Assembly (NCBI GenBank): GCA_951406725.2
Contig: OX597825.1
Location: forward strand, 57,784,001 to 57,848,000
From: Octopus vulgaris
Lineage: Eukaryota
Direction of reading: 5' to 3'
DNA length: 64,000 nucleotides
This document shows positions 24,552 to 37,200 of this stretch, one piece after another (position 1 is the stretch's first letter; every line of letters starts with the position of its first letter). The notes beneath the pieces are model-generated. The model did no database searches. It was not told the DNA's origin and saw only the letters and a list, made by a program, of their open reading frames with translations. Both the position numbers and the translations under genes were made by a program.

Positions 24552-24859
24552 AATACATATATACATACATATATACATTTATATATATATGTATGTATGT
24601 TTGTATATATATTAAAGCACTAAAGTTAGTCTGATCATAGAGTGATTAATGGTTTCGCATCCACAAAAGCCGCACCTTTATAGATACATACATATATACA
24701 TACGCAGACACAGACACACAGGCACACGCACATGCACATATATATACATAAATATATATGTATGTATGTACATATATGTATGTATATATTCTTATATATA
24801 TTTTTTATATCATTATTTGATTGAACATCAGGCATCCATTTCTAAATAAGTTTATCTAA

Positions 24860-25437
24860 CTATATTTTTGATGCGACCGTACCCTTTACTGTTCTCTCTA
24901 CTCTTTCGTTTTTTCTCTCATACTTTCTGAATTTCTTTTTTCTCCCCTTCACCGTTTTCTCTGTGTCTGTATATCTCTCCCCTTTGTCTTTTACTCTCTT
25001 TCGTTGCTCACACGTGACCATCATCCATCTTTCTTGTCCTCTCGTGATCATTTTTCTTTTCCTAAAGTGCTGTCGTACAGACTGCACGCATTTCTATCTG
25101 TCTCCTCTTCTATCTTTTCTCTTATCAAAGACAATATTTCTCCAGCGGTCGCTACTTTACCTTGTCAGATCTAACGACTCTCCATGCTTGTTTACGTTCG
25201 GTTTCCTTGTATGTCTCCACTGTCCCGTTTTTGTTACCAACTTTGGCCTTCCATAAAATCCCCAATTTTATTTTGGCTTTTGTGGGAGCAATCGCCTTCG
25301 AAGACTCATATTGTCGTTCAATGCTCGAAACGAGGAGCAGATGGACAACCGACAACTGATGGAGGGTTGTTCTTTATATTACTTGTCTTGTTTTCCATTT
25401 GTTTCTCTCGTTGTTTGCGTACCCAACTTTGTTTTCG

Positions 25438-25444
<7 letters not shown>
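24860..25444 (+). mobile_element. Probable PLE-type 3' terminal remnant
   Basis: Pyrimidine-rich body ending in (TA)n, hammerhead-like elements at 25294-25367, related tail at 53215-53390. Confidence 0.45.
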
Positions 25445-25478
<34 letters not shown>

Positions 25479-25489
25479 TATATATAGAT

Positions 25490-25548
<59 letters not shown>

Positions 25549-25579
25549 TAGATATAGATATACATATACATATATATAG

Positions 25580-25682
25580 TGTTTAGATAAAAGAACGAAA
25601 GAGATCTCGATATTATGTAAATAGAGGAATTTATCTGTAAATGTAATATGTGACAATTGTCATCATATTACATTTACAGATA
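25580..25682 (-). mobile_element. Short PLE terminal fragment with fold-back (family of 13371-13619)
   Basis: Shares AAAGAGA.CTC.ATATTATGTAAATAGAGGAA.TTATCT with 13400-13440; 19-bp inverted arms. Confidence 0.75.
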
Positions 25683-26454
25683 TATATATGTTTGTGTTTG
25701 TGTATATACGCGTGTGTGAGTTTGTGTGCATGTTAGTGTGTATGTGTCTATGTTTAGATCAGTCAAAAATGTTAAGGTCGTGTCCTCTGCTGTCTTTTCT
25801 ACACCCTTTCAACAAACACATAACAATAAATGAAGTATGATATTAAAGTATGTTACCAGAATCTATATGATCCACTTAAAAAACCCTTGAAAGTGGCGAC
25901 CTAGGAAAGCCACAGTCCACTTCTTAAAACATGTATCGCTTTCCTAATGCTTGGCTCCAATTTCGTGCATGCACGTCGTAAAGAAAACGATGCCATTTTT
26001 GTAACTCATCCCTTCTATATCGTTTTGATTTAAACAAGTAAGTGTATACTCAGCATCTGATCGTTAAATATTTTCCACTATAGACAGGAACACATAGAGT
26101 TTTTGACATTTGTTATTTAAGACCACACTTATTCAATTATATTTAGTTGATGGACTAAATAACTCCCGATCTAACGTAACACTTAAGCATGATATCAAAA
26201 GTAACATATATTCACTGTAATTTAGACAAAACGACTGCTGTCAGCCATTTTACGCGTTAATAAAAGTAAACTTGACACTTTGGCGTCTTCATTCTTTTCG
26301 AGCTGCTAAATCGTTTTAATACAAACGTAGACACATACATACAAACATACATACATGCGTAAATAAATGTATACATACATACTTGCATACATACATACAT
26401 ACATACATACATACATACATACATACATACATACATACATACATACATACCTAC

Positions 26455-26685
26455 GGCTGCGAGCTGGCAGAAACGTCGGCACGCGGGGCGAAATGCTTAG
26501 CGGTATTTCGTCTGTCGTTACGTTCTGAGTTCAAATTCCGCCGAGGTCGTCTTTACCTGTCATCCTTTCGGGGTCGATAAATAAAGTACTAGTTTCGCAC
26601 TGGGGTCAATGTAATCGTCTTAATCCCTTTGTCTATCATTGTTTGTCCCCTCTATGTTTAGTCCCTTGTGGGGAGTAAAGGAATA
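26455..26685 (+). mobile_element. Meta-like SINE within (TACA)n
   Basis: Head GGCTGCGAGCTGGCAGAAACG, core and CCCTTGTGGG tail. Confidence 0.9.
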
Positions 26686-27924
26686 TATACATACATACAT
26701 ACTTAAATACATACATACATACATACATACATTTCTTTCATTTATTCTTTCAGTGGTTTAAGTCACAGGACTGCGATCATGCTGGAGCACCGCCTTATTA
26801 TTATTCATATTTATTAGCATTATATTACTATGTTTATTTCTAAAGTTTTGCTGAAGTTTTATGACTGGAAGTTGATCTACAGCTGAGTGTAAATTCTTAT
26901 AGTTGGCTGGTCTGATATTTTTGTTAGAAGCTCATCCAATGTTTTCTCGCATGTTTCGATATAGGTTCCTTTATGTTTCTAATTTCTTTACGTAACCAGT
27001 TATGTGTATATAATAATATTAACCTGTTATGTATATAATAATTATAGATTAGATTGTTCGGAAACACTAATCAGTTATCTGAAGTAAAATATTTTCTTAA
27101 ATGATGCGCAGCATGGTTTTTGGGCAAGACGATGTTGCTGGCAAGATTACTACAATAACCTAATATTATCCTTAATATGAACTAGTAGATACTGCCAGTT
27201 TCCATATATACCATCTTGAAAATCATGATCTAGAAAGCAGTTGAGCACTTGTGTGTGTGTACACATGATGTGTGTATGTATTACATACATGTGTAGAGAA
27301 CGATTGAAAGTCCATTGGTGTAGAAAGTTCTAGCACATCACCGACAAATCCATTGTGTTGGTTTTACAAAGAGTAATAGATAATCCAATTAAGATGACGA
27401 AAAATGACTTTAGCAAATCTTTGTTGCTGTTTACAAATGTTTCGAGTAACCCTGCATTTTTAAAGTTATTTCGCGCGATGGATTTCTCGTAAAAAAGTGC
27501 GTAATATTTATGGTGGATCACATGGCATTGGCTCTTCTACAGACTTGCATGAACAAGTGTGTTCTTGGTTTATGCGACGGTCAATCGCTATATTTTACTT
27601 ATATACGTAGAAAACAAGAAGTGAAATGTAAAAATAAAAATGGTGAAGTAATAGTCAAGACGGAGATGATAATAATACTAAATATGAGAAAGAGGACAAT
27701 GCGAAGAATAGGAAGAATATTCACACCATTTATTTTTACCAGAAGCTATCAACTAATCCAATGAAATTCATTTTGTTTCTGTTGTTACAGTTAGCTATTC
27801 TTGTATATAGAGTGCATTAGCACCATCAAGTCAAGTCTAGCATTCCTCTGCGACATCAATATCTACAAGATGGTATTTTTACCCCTCTCCAAGGGATCGA
27901 TCTCTTCAGAGGCCTTAGAAATGA

Positions 27925-28145
27925 TTCTTTCTAATTTTGGCACAAGATCGACAGTTTTAGTGGAGTGGGGGGAGGATAAGTCGATTAAATCGACCCCACT
28001 GCGCAACTGGTTTGATACTTACTTTATCGACTCCGAAAGGGATGAAAGGCAAAGTTGACCTCTGCAGAATTTGAACTCAGAACTTAAAGAGCCAGATAGA
28101 AAGCCACTAAACGTTTTAGTCCGACGCGCTAATGAATCTACCAAT
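27925..28145 (-). mobile_element. Meta-like SINE
   Basis: Homology to the family core. Confidence 0.8.
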
Positions 28146-29054
28146 AAATACAAAGTGGTAAACATTTCGGAAAAAGAAAGAATTAATAAATCTAACTCGA
28201 GACCGAATTACATATAATAGTTATTTCACCATATATTACTTTAACGATTGCTTAGTTTTAAGGACCCGAAATTGCTAAATATATTTTTCATAACATCGAA
28301 TTTGTAGAGATGATTTAAAGACAGATAAAATAATACCAAAGGTTACATTTCCACTTAAAAACAGTTGCCAAGTTAATGTAATTATATATTCTAAAAACAT
28401 ACAATCTATTTCAAAGTAAAACCGAGTAGAATAATTAGTTTATATTTTCATGGAGCTATCATTAAACGTCGTAATATGCCATGTAATATAGCATCTCCAG
28501 GAATGTTTTCTTGTAGTTAAGTTAATGAAAACATATGTTAAATCATTAGTTACTTCACTGATATAGGCGACACAAGTATAAATGTTCATCCAGCTGTGAA
28601 TATACACGCCAATTCAACTTTCGTTCTTTGATATAGACTTAACAATTCCTGATCTCAGAAGATAAAGGTTATGTATATTTCATTACTTATGATATTACGT
28701 GGATTGGATCTTATTGCCATCTAAGGGTGAACCTGAAAGAAAGAAAGGAAGCGGCTTCCTTCAGGTTTAAACTTACTGTCTATGAGTGTGCGTTCTAATT
28801 TCTTCTTATTACGAAAAATATATTTTTTAAGACAAAAGATAATAATCTTGAATCGAGACGATTAATAAAACAAAAGAGAAATATTATTTAGAATCAATAT
28901 ATTGGTTTCAAATATTGAAACAAGGCCAGCAGATGTTGGGGAACGACCCCGAAAGGATGAAAGGCAAGTCGACTGAGACAGAATTTGAGTAATTCTGCCA
29001 GCTCACCGCCTTATTTCAAATTTTGGTACAAGGCCGGTAATTTTAGGGGAGGAG

Positions 29055-29732
29055 AGATCTTTGTGGTTTTCGTCACTGTTTACAATTATTAAAAAAAAAA
29101 TATGTATCATATAGATGTAATTTTTGATGCTGAATTCAAATTTTTTTATTCATTTATTCAGAAAAATTTTGCAAAAATGTTACAGGTGTTCACAGTTTGA
29201 TAATTTTCAGAATTTTCATCCAATCAGAAAACAGCGCATTATACACGAGTAAAGTAAACAGTCAAACCATTGCTTAAAACAAACATTTATTAGTTTAAAA
29301 AATTCAAGAACGAAACTTTGCAATGCACTCAAGGATTTTATAAAATAAATTATCTTTCTCAAATCTCCTCCTCAGCATAAATTCACAAAGAGTCAATCAT
29401 GGAACAGTGTGTCCTACACTGCCGTTTGTTTCCACACTTTAAAGATGCCCAGATACTCTCAACTTATTGATTACACTCCTTGTGCGCATGCACAGCATCT
29501 TTGGTTATTATGGAAACAGAGTTCTTCGCCATGATGATGTGTAAAATACACGTTTCTGATTGGCTAAAATACCCAAATTTCGAAAATTTTAAAGGCTAAT
29601 AACTTTTTAATTATCGATTTATAGGGAAAATGAATTTCATTTTCATAATTAGTATACAAAACTTAATCGATATACCAAATTTAAAAACAACTGGAACAAA
29701 ATTGTAAACATTGATGAAAACAACAAAGATCC
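29055..29732. mobile_element. Non-autonomous DNA transposon (MITE-like) with 8-bp TSD, inserted in a SINE
   Basis: Imperfect ~33-bp TIRs AGATCTTTGTGGTTTTCGTCACTGTTTACAATT / AATTGTAAACATTGATGAAAACAACAAAGATCC; GGGAGGAG at 29047-29054 and 29733-29740. Confidence 0.88.
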
Positions 29733-30179
29733 GGGAGGAGTAAGTCGATTACACTGATCCCAGTGCTCAACTAGTACTTATTTTATCGACCCCGAAAAGG
29801 ATGAAGGACGGACAAAGTGCCGCTCAGCATTTTGCCCGGCGTGTTAACAATTCTGCCAACTCACCACCTTATTCAGAATTAATATATTATAGAAACAAGG
29901 ACACGTAACTGGCAGAATTGTTACCGTGCTGGGCTACATCTTCGGTGGTATTTCTATCGAGTATTTCAAATGGCGCCGAAGTCAACTTTGCTTTTCATCG
30001 TTTTGTGGTCGATAAAACAAGTACCATTTGAACACTGGCTTCGATGTAATGGACTACCTTTTTCCCTCCAAACTGCTGTTCTTGTGTCATAATTAGAAAG
30101 AATATATTATAGAAACAAGTTTCCAATAAAGACTATTGAGTTTTTTGACAATATCACATAAAGAATCAAACTTTTAATC

Positions 30180-30560
30180 TGGTGGCTGTTTTGGTAAGAA
30201 GTTTGCTTCTCGAACAAATAGTTCCGGGTTCAGTCCCACTCAGTGGCACCTTGAGCAATTGTCTTCTACTATAGCCCCAGGCCGTCTACCGAGTGGACTT
30301 GGTGGACGGAAACTAAAGCAAGGCCCTCGTGTGTGTAGGCGTGTGTGTGCGTATGCGCGCGCATGTACATGCGTGTGTGTGTCTTTGTGTTTGTCCCCCA
30401 TCACAGCCGTAACATAGCGGTTCGGCAAAAGACCGATAAAATAAGTACCAGGTTTTTAAAAATATATAAATACTGAAGTCGACTCTTTTTGCAAAATTTC
30501 TTCATGGCAATGCCCCAGCATGGCTGCAATCGCATAACAGAATCAATTAAAAGATAAAAG
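30180..30560 (+). mobile_element. Bipartite CORE-like SINE
   Basis: GTGGCTGTTTTGGTAAG..GGTTCAGTCCCAC..GGCACCTTGAGCAA, internal (TG)-rich tract and family tail. Confidence 0.8.
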
Positions 30561-30825
30561 GTAAAGCATCTAACGAATTATAAACTCCCTTGCAAACATT
30601 ACACTGTGTATTATTTACTTAGGAAAAGAAAGCTTCGGGAACAATACTCTTTAAAAATCTATTTTAAGTACTTCCAAAAAGAAGCAGCAGATATGCGGAG
30701 TCGTTACAGCAGCAGACAGAAGACTTCGGGGAATTTGTTCTATCCGACGTCCTAGGTTTAAATCCCGGCAAAGTCAACTTTATTTTTCATCCTTTCGTTG
30801 TTAATTTAAAAATAAGAAAGAAAGT

Positions 30826-30880
<55 letters not shown>

Positions 30881-31376
30881 TTCAGTCCAGAGCGGAGAAT
30901 TGGCAAAACTATAAGAACGTCGAATTGGATACCTTGCGATATATGTTCCGGCATTGTGCATCCTGAATTCAAATCACACCACCGTGGTAGATTAGACCAG
31001 TCACTCGATTTAACCCAAGCATCTGGCATCTTAGGTGTCACTAGCGAAGTCTGCTTTGTAGCAAGCTTTCGGGTCCTGTTTCCGGTTTAAGGATACCTTC
31101 CTCTCACTACCCTTCCATTAGTTCAGAGATCTTGCAACCCTTCCCGACTGAAAAAATGAAGTTCATAACATAACCATCGTTTTTCCTGTGTCATTTCTTG
31201 TTCTTATTATCGCTCTATACTCGTCTAATACTTCGTTCTGGAACATATGTATATTGAGTTCTAGAGGTCTACACCAGGTTATTAGTTTCGTAATGACTAA
31301 GCGAAATATACATACATACATACATACATACATACATACATACAAACATACATACATACATACATACATACATACA

Positions 31377-31411
<35 letters not shown>

Positions 31412-32497
31412 TTGCATGTATTACGTATGTGTATGTATGTATGTATGTATGTATGTATGTATGTATGTATGTATGTATGTATGCATGTATGCATGCATGT
31501 ATGTATGCATGTATGTATGTGTTATACAAACAAATGTACATACGTATGTATGTTTTTACATGTCTGTCGTTTAGTTATTGAGAAAGTGTGTCGATTGAAA
31601 GGCCTGAAAGAGAGAGAAGAATTGAAGTATAAAAGCGACATATCAGAAAGACAGAAAGAAAAATGTAAACGCTGCCAGTGAGAGAGAAAAATGGGGAGAG
31701 AGATAGAGAGAAAGAAAGAGAGAGAGAGAAGGAGAGAGAGGAGAGAAAAGTTAGAAAGAAAGGTAGGGAGAGAGGAGGAAACACACAGGCAAACAAGTAG
31801 ATAGATTGACAAACTGAGAAAAAGTAGCAAACGATAGTGCCAACGATATATTCTATCACGTGATAAAATGCGATTTATCACGTGACGAACAGAAAGGAAA
31901 ACAATACTAAAGTGTTAGATATGTTTTTTGGAATGTATCATGTTTGCTAAAAGCAAATAAAGGATATGTATTGAGAAAGGAAAGGAAAACTATGTCAATA
32001 AACCATTCAACAGAGCTATGTAATGGCCCAGTAAAATACGTTTACATGTATATCAAATTCAGAAATGCAACACTGTGTACTCTAGAAATGATGTTGAATT
32101 TCTCTGCCTTATACATAAATGCCTTGCCATCTTATCTTGGGTCCTCAACTCATAATGGAGTCGTAGAGGTGCTGTCGTAATGTGCAACGTAGTTTGGACA
32201 TTTTTATTTGTAGACCTTCTCCAGCAAATTTCTTTCAGAAGGAGAAACAGATAGACACAAAGAAAGAAAAACAGAAAGTAAAAAAAGAGGATAATTGATT
32301 TCTGTATAAGACCAGTACTTTATTTATCGTCCTCCGCGATAGTTGAACTTACAGCGCTAAGAGGCGGAAAAATTACCTCAGTAATCTACCCGACCATCTA
32401 ACGACTTTGCCAGTTGACCATCTTATACATACATACATACATACATACATACATACATACATACATACATACATACATACATACATACATACATACA

Positions 32498-32955
32498 TGG
32501 TGGCTGCCCCCTCGTTATCGAGTATGGCCATTGCACGAATCTTAATCAATGTTGTTATCGTGCAAGAATATTTTTATTAAGTGAGGAAAGGCTGTGCACT
32601 GAGTCAATCCCACTCACTAAGTGACAGCAGCCATAATCCGAAAAGAAGAACAAGTCAACATCATCGGTAACCACTGAGCCGCAGGTTTTATGTCTGAGTT
32701 ATCCCAGTTACCTGAGTTACCTTCTCTTAGAAGGATGCCCTAACAAATGCTAGGAGTCCTTCACTCCCAATGGTTTAAACGCGCGATCGGGTATTCAGTC
32801 CGATTATTTCTATGCCACCGCGCATGATACAGCCTTAAGACATTTATTGGATGTCCGTTGACTCTCAAGTGTTCCTCCACCCTTTAACGGGTTTTGTTTT
32901 TCATCCCGCAGGGCGTCCAATAAACACCCTCCTCACCAAGCAAGCATGTCGGCGA
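32498..32955 (-). mobile_element. Probable non-autonomous RTE-derived short element within (TACA)n
   Basis: Non-coding 460-bp insert between (TACA)n tracts; segments resemble RTE 5' UTR and 3' tail (from recall, not searched). Confidence 0.45.
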
Positions 32956-33244
32956 CATACATACATACATACATACATACATACATACATACATACATAC
33001 ATACATACATACATACATACATACATACATACATACATACACACATACATGACAATACATATATAAAACAAAGCATACAAATCTTCCCTTGCATCAACTC
33101 AAAATACTGCACATATATATACAGGTATGGTTGTTTTCTATTCCTTAAGCAGAGTCTGACCACCTCTTGTACTTACATCTTAGATCAATCATGGCGTCTG
33201 ATGTGGCTTTTTAAACCAAACAATGTATTGTAAAGATACCACAT

Positions 33245-34850
33245 AGATTGCATATCCGATTTGGACCACCAAGAGTTGTTAAGTTCTGATCTTTGTGGAT
33301 CTTAAAATGTCTTTTGAACCCTCCGTTAGATTTGCCGACCTTATAGCATCCATGGCATTGAAATGTGTGCACATATATATAGGAAGAATAATTGGCAGAG
33401 GTTCTTTTTTATGGGTCCGCAAATGAGATTTGAGCCCAGTAAAAAAAAGGCATGGTCTGTCACAAATTGTGCACACGAAAAGGTCATCGTGGTTCAACTT
33501 CTCGATCGCAACATTCTTCTTTAAATCTTTCTTGAGCCTTGCATGCGTTATCCTGGCCTCTTCAAAGGCTTTCACTCCACTTCATACTTTTGATCGCCTT
33601 CCAGCTCGATCCGAAGAAAAGGTTTCTATGTCCTCTGGATCCATTCTAAGTGACTTCACGGTAGTCCTTATGTCGTCCTTAAACCGCTTTTTAGGTTTAG
33701 CGTTTCCCCTCTGCAAGCTCACCATAAAACAGCTGTTTGGGTGTGCGTTCATCCGCCATTCAAACAATATGGCCAAATCATCTCATTTGGTTTTTCAGAA
33801 TCATTGCTTCAATTGAAGTGATTCCTGCAGATGCAAGGACATGTGTGTTTTGAATAAAAAAAAACTCCATTTAATGTTTAAAATGCGAGGAAGGCATTTT
33901 TGATGAAATTGTCCTAACAATTTGAAATGTCTTTCATAAGTCCATGTTTCAGAAGAATACAACAGGGATGGTAAGACAAACGATTTGTAAAAAGCCAATT
34001 TTGTGTCGTTATTTATATGTCGTTGATCCCAACAACAAAAGCAATGCACACTCATTCAACATCAACCACAACTACAAAAGGCACCAAAACATCTATATAT
34101 ATAAAACTCAACTTGTGTGTCTGTGTGTGTATCTGTGTGTGTGTCTGTGTGTTTAACTTCCAAACCACCAAATGCTTGTGCTGCTCTTTGAATTCACATA
34201 TGTATTTCTGTGTCTAGATTTCCATCATTTTGTGCAGAGCTTCCAAAGTAGATGAAAAAATCAACAACCTTAAGTAACTTGCCCTTAACAAAAATTTTAG
34301 GAGGGTGCAAGCAACACCTCATGCAGGTTGATACATTACAATTGTTTTTTTGTTTTTTTTTTAAGATGATGGTTAATCCAAAATCATCACAAGTTGAGTC
34401 AAATGAAGATACAAGAGGTTGTAGACCTGTTTCAGAATAACTGACTAGATCGCAACCATCAGCGTATAAGAGATCCCTAATGAGTGAAGTAAAAACCTTC
34501 GTTTTGAATTTCAGTCTGGTGAGATTAAAAACATTCTCTGTTGTTTGATATTTATGTAAATACCTTCCTCGGAGTTTTGAAAAGCGTGCGACAGCACAAC
34601 AGCAAAGTGTATTGCAAAGAGGGTGGGTGCATCAAGGTCTCCTTGCTTTACTCCATTTTCCACGACAAAAGATTCAGAAAGCCTACCACCAAAATTAACT
34701 CTAGTTTTCATATCTTGATGCAAAGCCCCGATCAATTTTTTGGGGGCAAAAAATTCTTTAGAATTAGCCACAGAGCATTTCGATAAACACTATCAAATGC
34801 TTTGCTCAAATCAACAAAACAACGGTATAGGGCAAAATTCTGTTCTATGT
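33245..34850 (-). mobile_element. Decayed RTE-clade LINE (RT through C-terminal zinc fingers)
   Basis: FVDLSKAFDSV, NGVKQGDLDAPTLF, IRDLLYADGCDLV, LLYSSETW, KRFKDDIR and CTICDRPC..GLKSHLRTH in broken frames. Confidence 0.9.
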
Positions 34851-35230
34851 GTATGTATGTGTGTAGCAAAGTAATTATATGTGTGTACCTTTAATAATGC
34901 AAAGAGTGGTGATGCTTGAAAGATTAATCATTATTTAGTGCCGTGATTTCCATATAGCCATTCCTATGAATTTATTTATTCAAACAAAATGCATAACAAA
35001 GTTGGTAACTTTGTGGAATGTTTTCAACTTTAATTTCAAACTTTGTAACTCAGTACCAACCGCTTTTTATGAAAAGTTAAGCTTTTTCAGTTTTATGTAC
35101 ATAAAGTTCACATTTTGAACTTACAAACTAGAGGCGATTTCTTCTGAAACGAAGAATAAACCAACACATTCCCTATGCCGCCAGAGGCCACATATCATAT
35201 ACATGTGTGTATTATATATGTGTATATGTA

Positions 35231-35336
<106 letters not shown>

Positions 35337-36016
35337 ATATATCATATTTTATATATGCATGTATGCAGAGGTGTGTACGTACGTACATGCACACACAGAC
35401 ACAGGCACAAACACAGACATACTTATATTAGTGAAACTAATGACAATGCAGTAAGTATAAAATTTGCAAGTTTTTCTCTTCAATACATTAAAGATTAAAA
35501 GATTACGAGGATTAAAAGTCATCTTTTTAATCCCTTAAAGACCACCTATGGGTTTTAACGAAATAATTCTTTTGAACATGCCTAAGGCTGTTCAAGGTTT
35601 GTCTTTATTACCGTTATTGCCGCTGTTGTTGTTGTTGTAGTAGTTGTTATTGTGGTGGTGGTGTAGTTGTTGTTGATGTTCTTTATATCATTCACGCAGT
35701 ACCAGTTTAAATTCATAATCAGAGCACCAAACACTAATGTACCAGTAAGCTTTACAATTGGAACTATAAACCTCGACAAAGTAGCAGCACAAACTAATGT
35801 TTAGTGAAACGTAAATGCAGATATCATATGCAAAATATTAAGTGCAAGTCACACTGTTCCAAATGTCCAAAGATCGGACAGTAAATGCTCAGCGGCCATG
35901 ATTCAGGAGTTCCGTGATAAGACAAAAGAGTGTATCTATGTGTGATAGTAGTGGTGGGCGTTTAGTTGTGCTTTTAAGAATTCATTTCGCTTCCACTCAT
36001 AAATATAGCAAAGCGT

Positions 36017-36142
36017 GGAGGCGCAATAGCCCAGTGGTTAGGGCAGCGGACTCGCGGTCATAGAATCGCGGTTTCGATTCCCAGACCGGGCGTTAGTGCT
36101 CAGCCACTTGCACGTTAATTTCACGAGCAGGCTGTTCCGTTG
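36017..36142 (+). mobile_element. Internally deleted tRNA-headed SINE (family of 55735)
   Basis: Head joined directly to the AGTGCTCAGCCACTTGCACGTTAATTTCACGAGCAGGCTGTTCCGTTG segment. Confidence 0.85.
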
Positions 36143-37135
36143 GAGAGCGCATTTAATTGAAATACTGTTGAGCTTCGTTACTGCTGTCTGGCCAACACTG
36201 AGATTTAAACACGTATCTAGACACGTCACACATCGATCCCCATACGAATGCAACTGTAGAGACAAAGCTTATTGGCCTTTCAATAAGAAATGTTTATAGA
36301 ACAACTATTCATATGGACAACTGTGTAGAAAAACGAATCGAGTCGACAGAAAATTCATTTAAGGACTGAATCACACAACATATGGATACATTCAGAGATA
36401 CATACCGGAGTAGGGGAAATAAAGAACCTTTCCAAGCTACAAAGTCTATTGTTGATTTATAATACTTCTTTTACAAAATGAAAAAAAAAGATTACCTTAT
36501 CCGCCAATACTCTTAATCTGATGGCAGACACGATCTCTATCTGTCTGCATGAAAGAAAATTTAAACTGCATCCTTTTAAACAAAGTTCGGAGGAATCTCC
36601 CCCTACGAGTCAGATAATGTTTAGCAACCTGAGTCAGTATAATTCTTAGCATGTAACATTACCGATCACCTCTATCCATCAGTGCATATGAATCTAACAA
36701 ATAGATCATCTGGGACTGCAGTTCTAATGCAGAGATAACCATACTCGATGCATTATATCTGTTAGGGATAACACTAAAATATTACGTAATTCGTATTTGA
36801 AATTTGGATTTTTTTTTCGATATAATTCTGTTCCCTTCCATCCCCTTTTCTTCCTACGTCAGGTTATTTCACCATATCACTTTAAAGTATGTCACGTTTC
36901 ATTACGACGCTGAAGGCAAGTAATATTTTCTAATTTTTAAGAAATTAATTGGTAATTCTATCTCACTTTCAACTCACCTTCTTTTCATCTCACCTGTGAC
37001 TTTTCTGCTTTTCCGGCTTTTTCTTTTTCATTGCACTAAAGCATTGTATAAATTTTGTTGCGGAAAGACAGGCGATTATTTGTTTGCGTCCGTTATTGGC
37101 CGCCTTATCGATCAACCAACCTTATGCTTTCTGTC

Positions 37136-37198
<63 letters not shown>

Positions 37199-37200
37199 GA

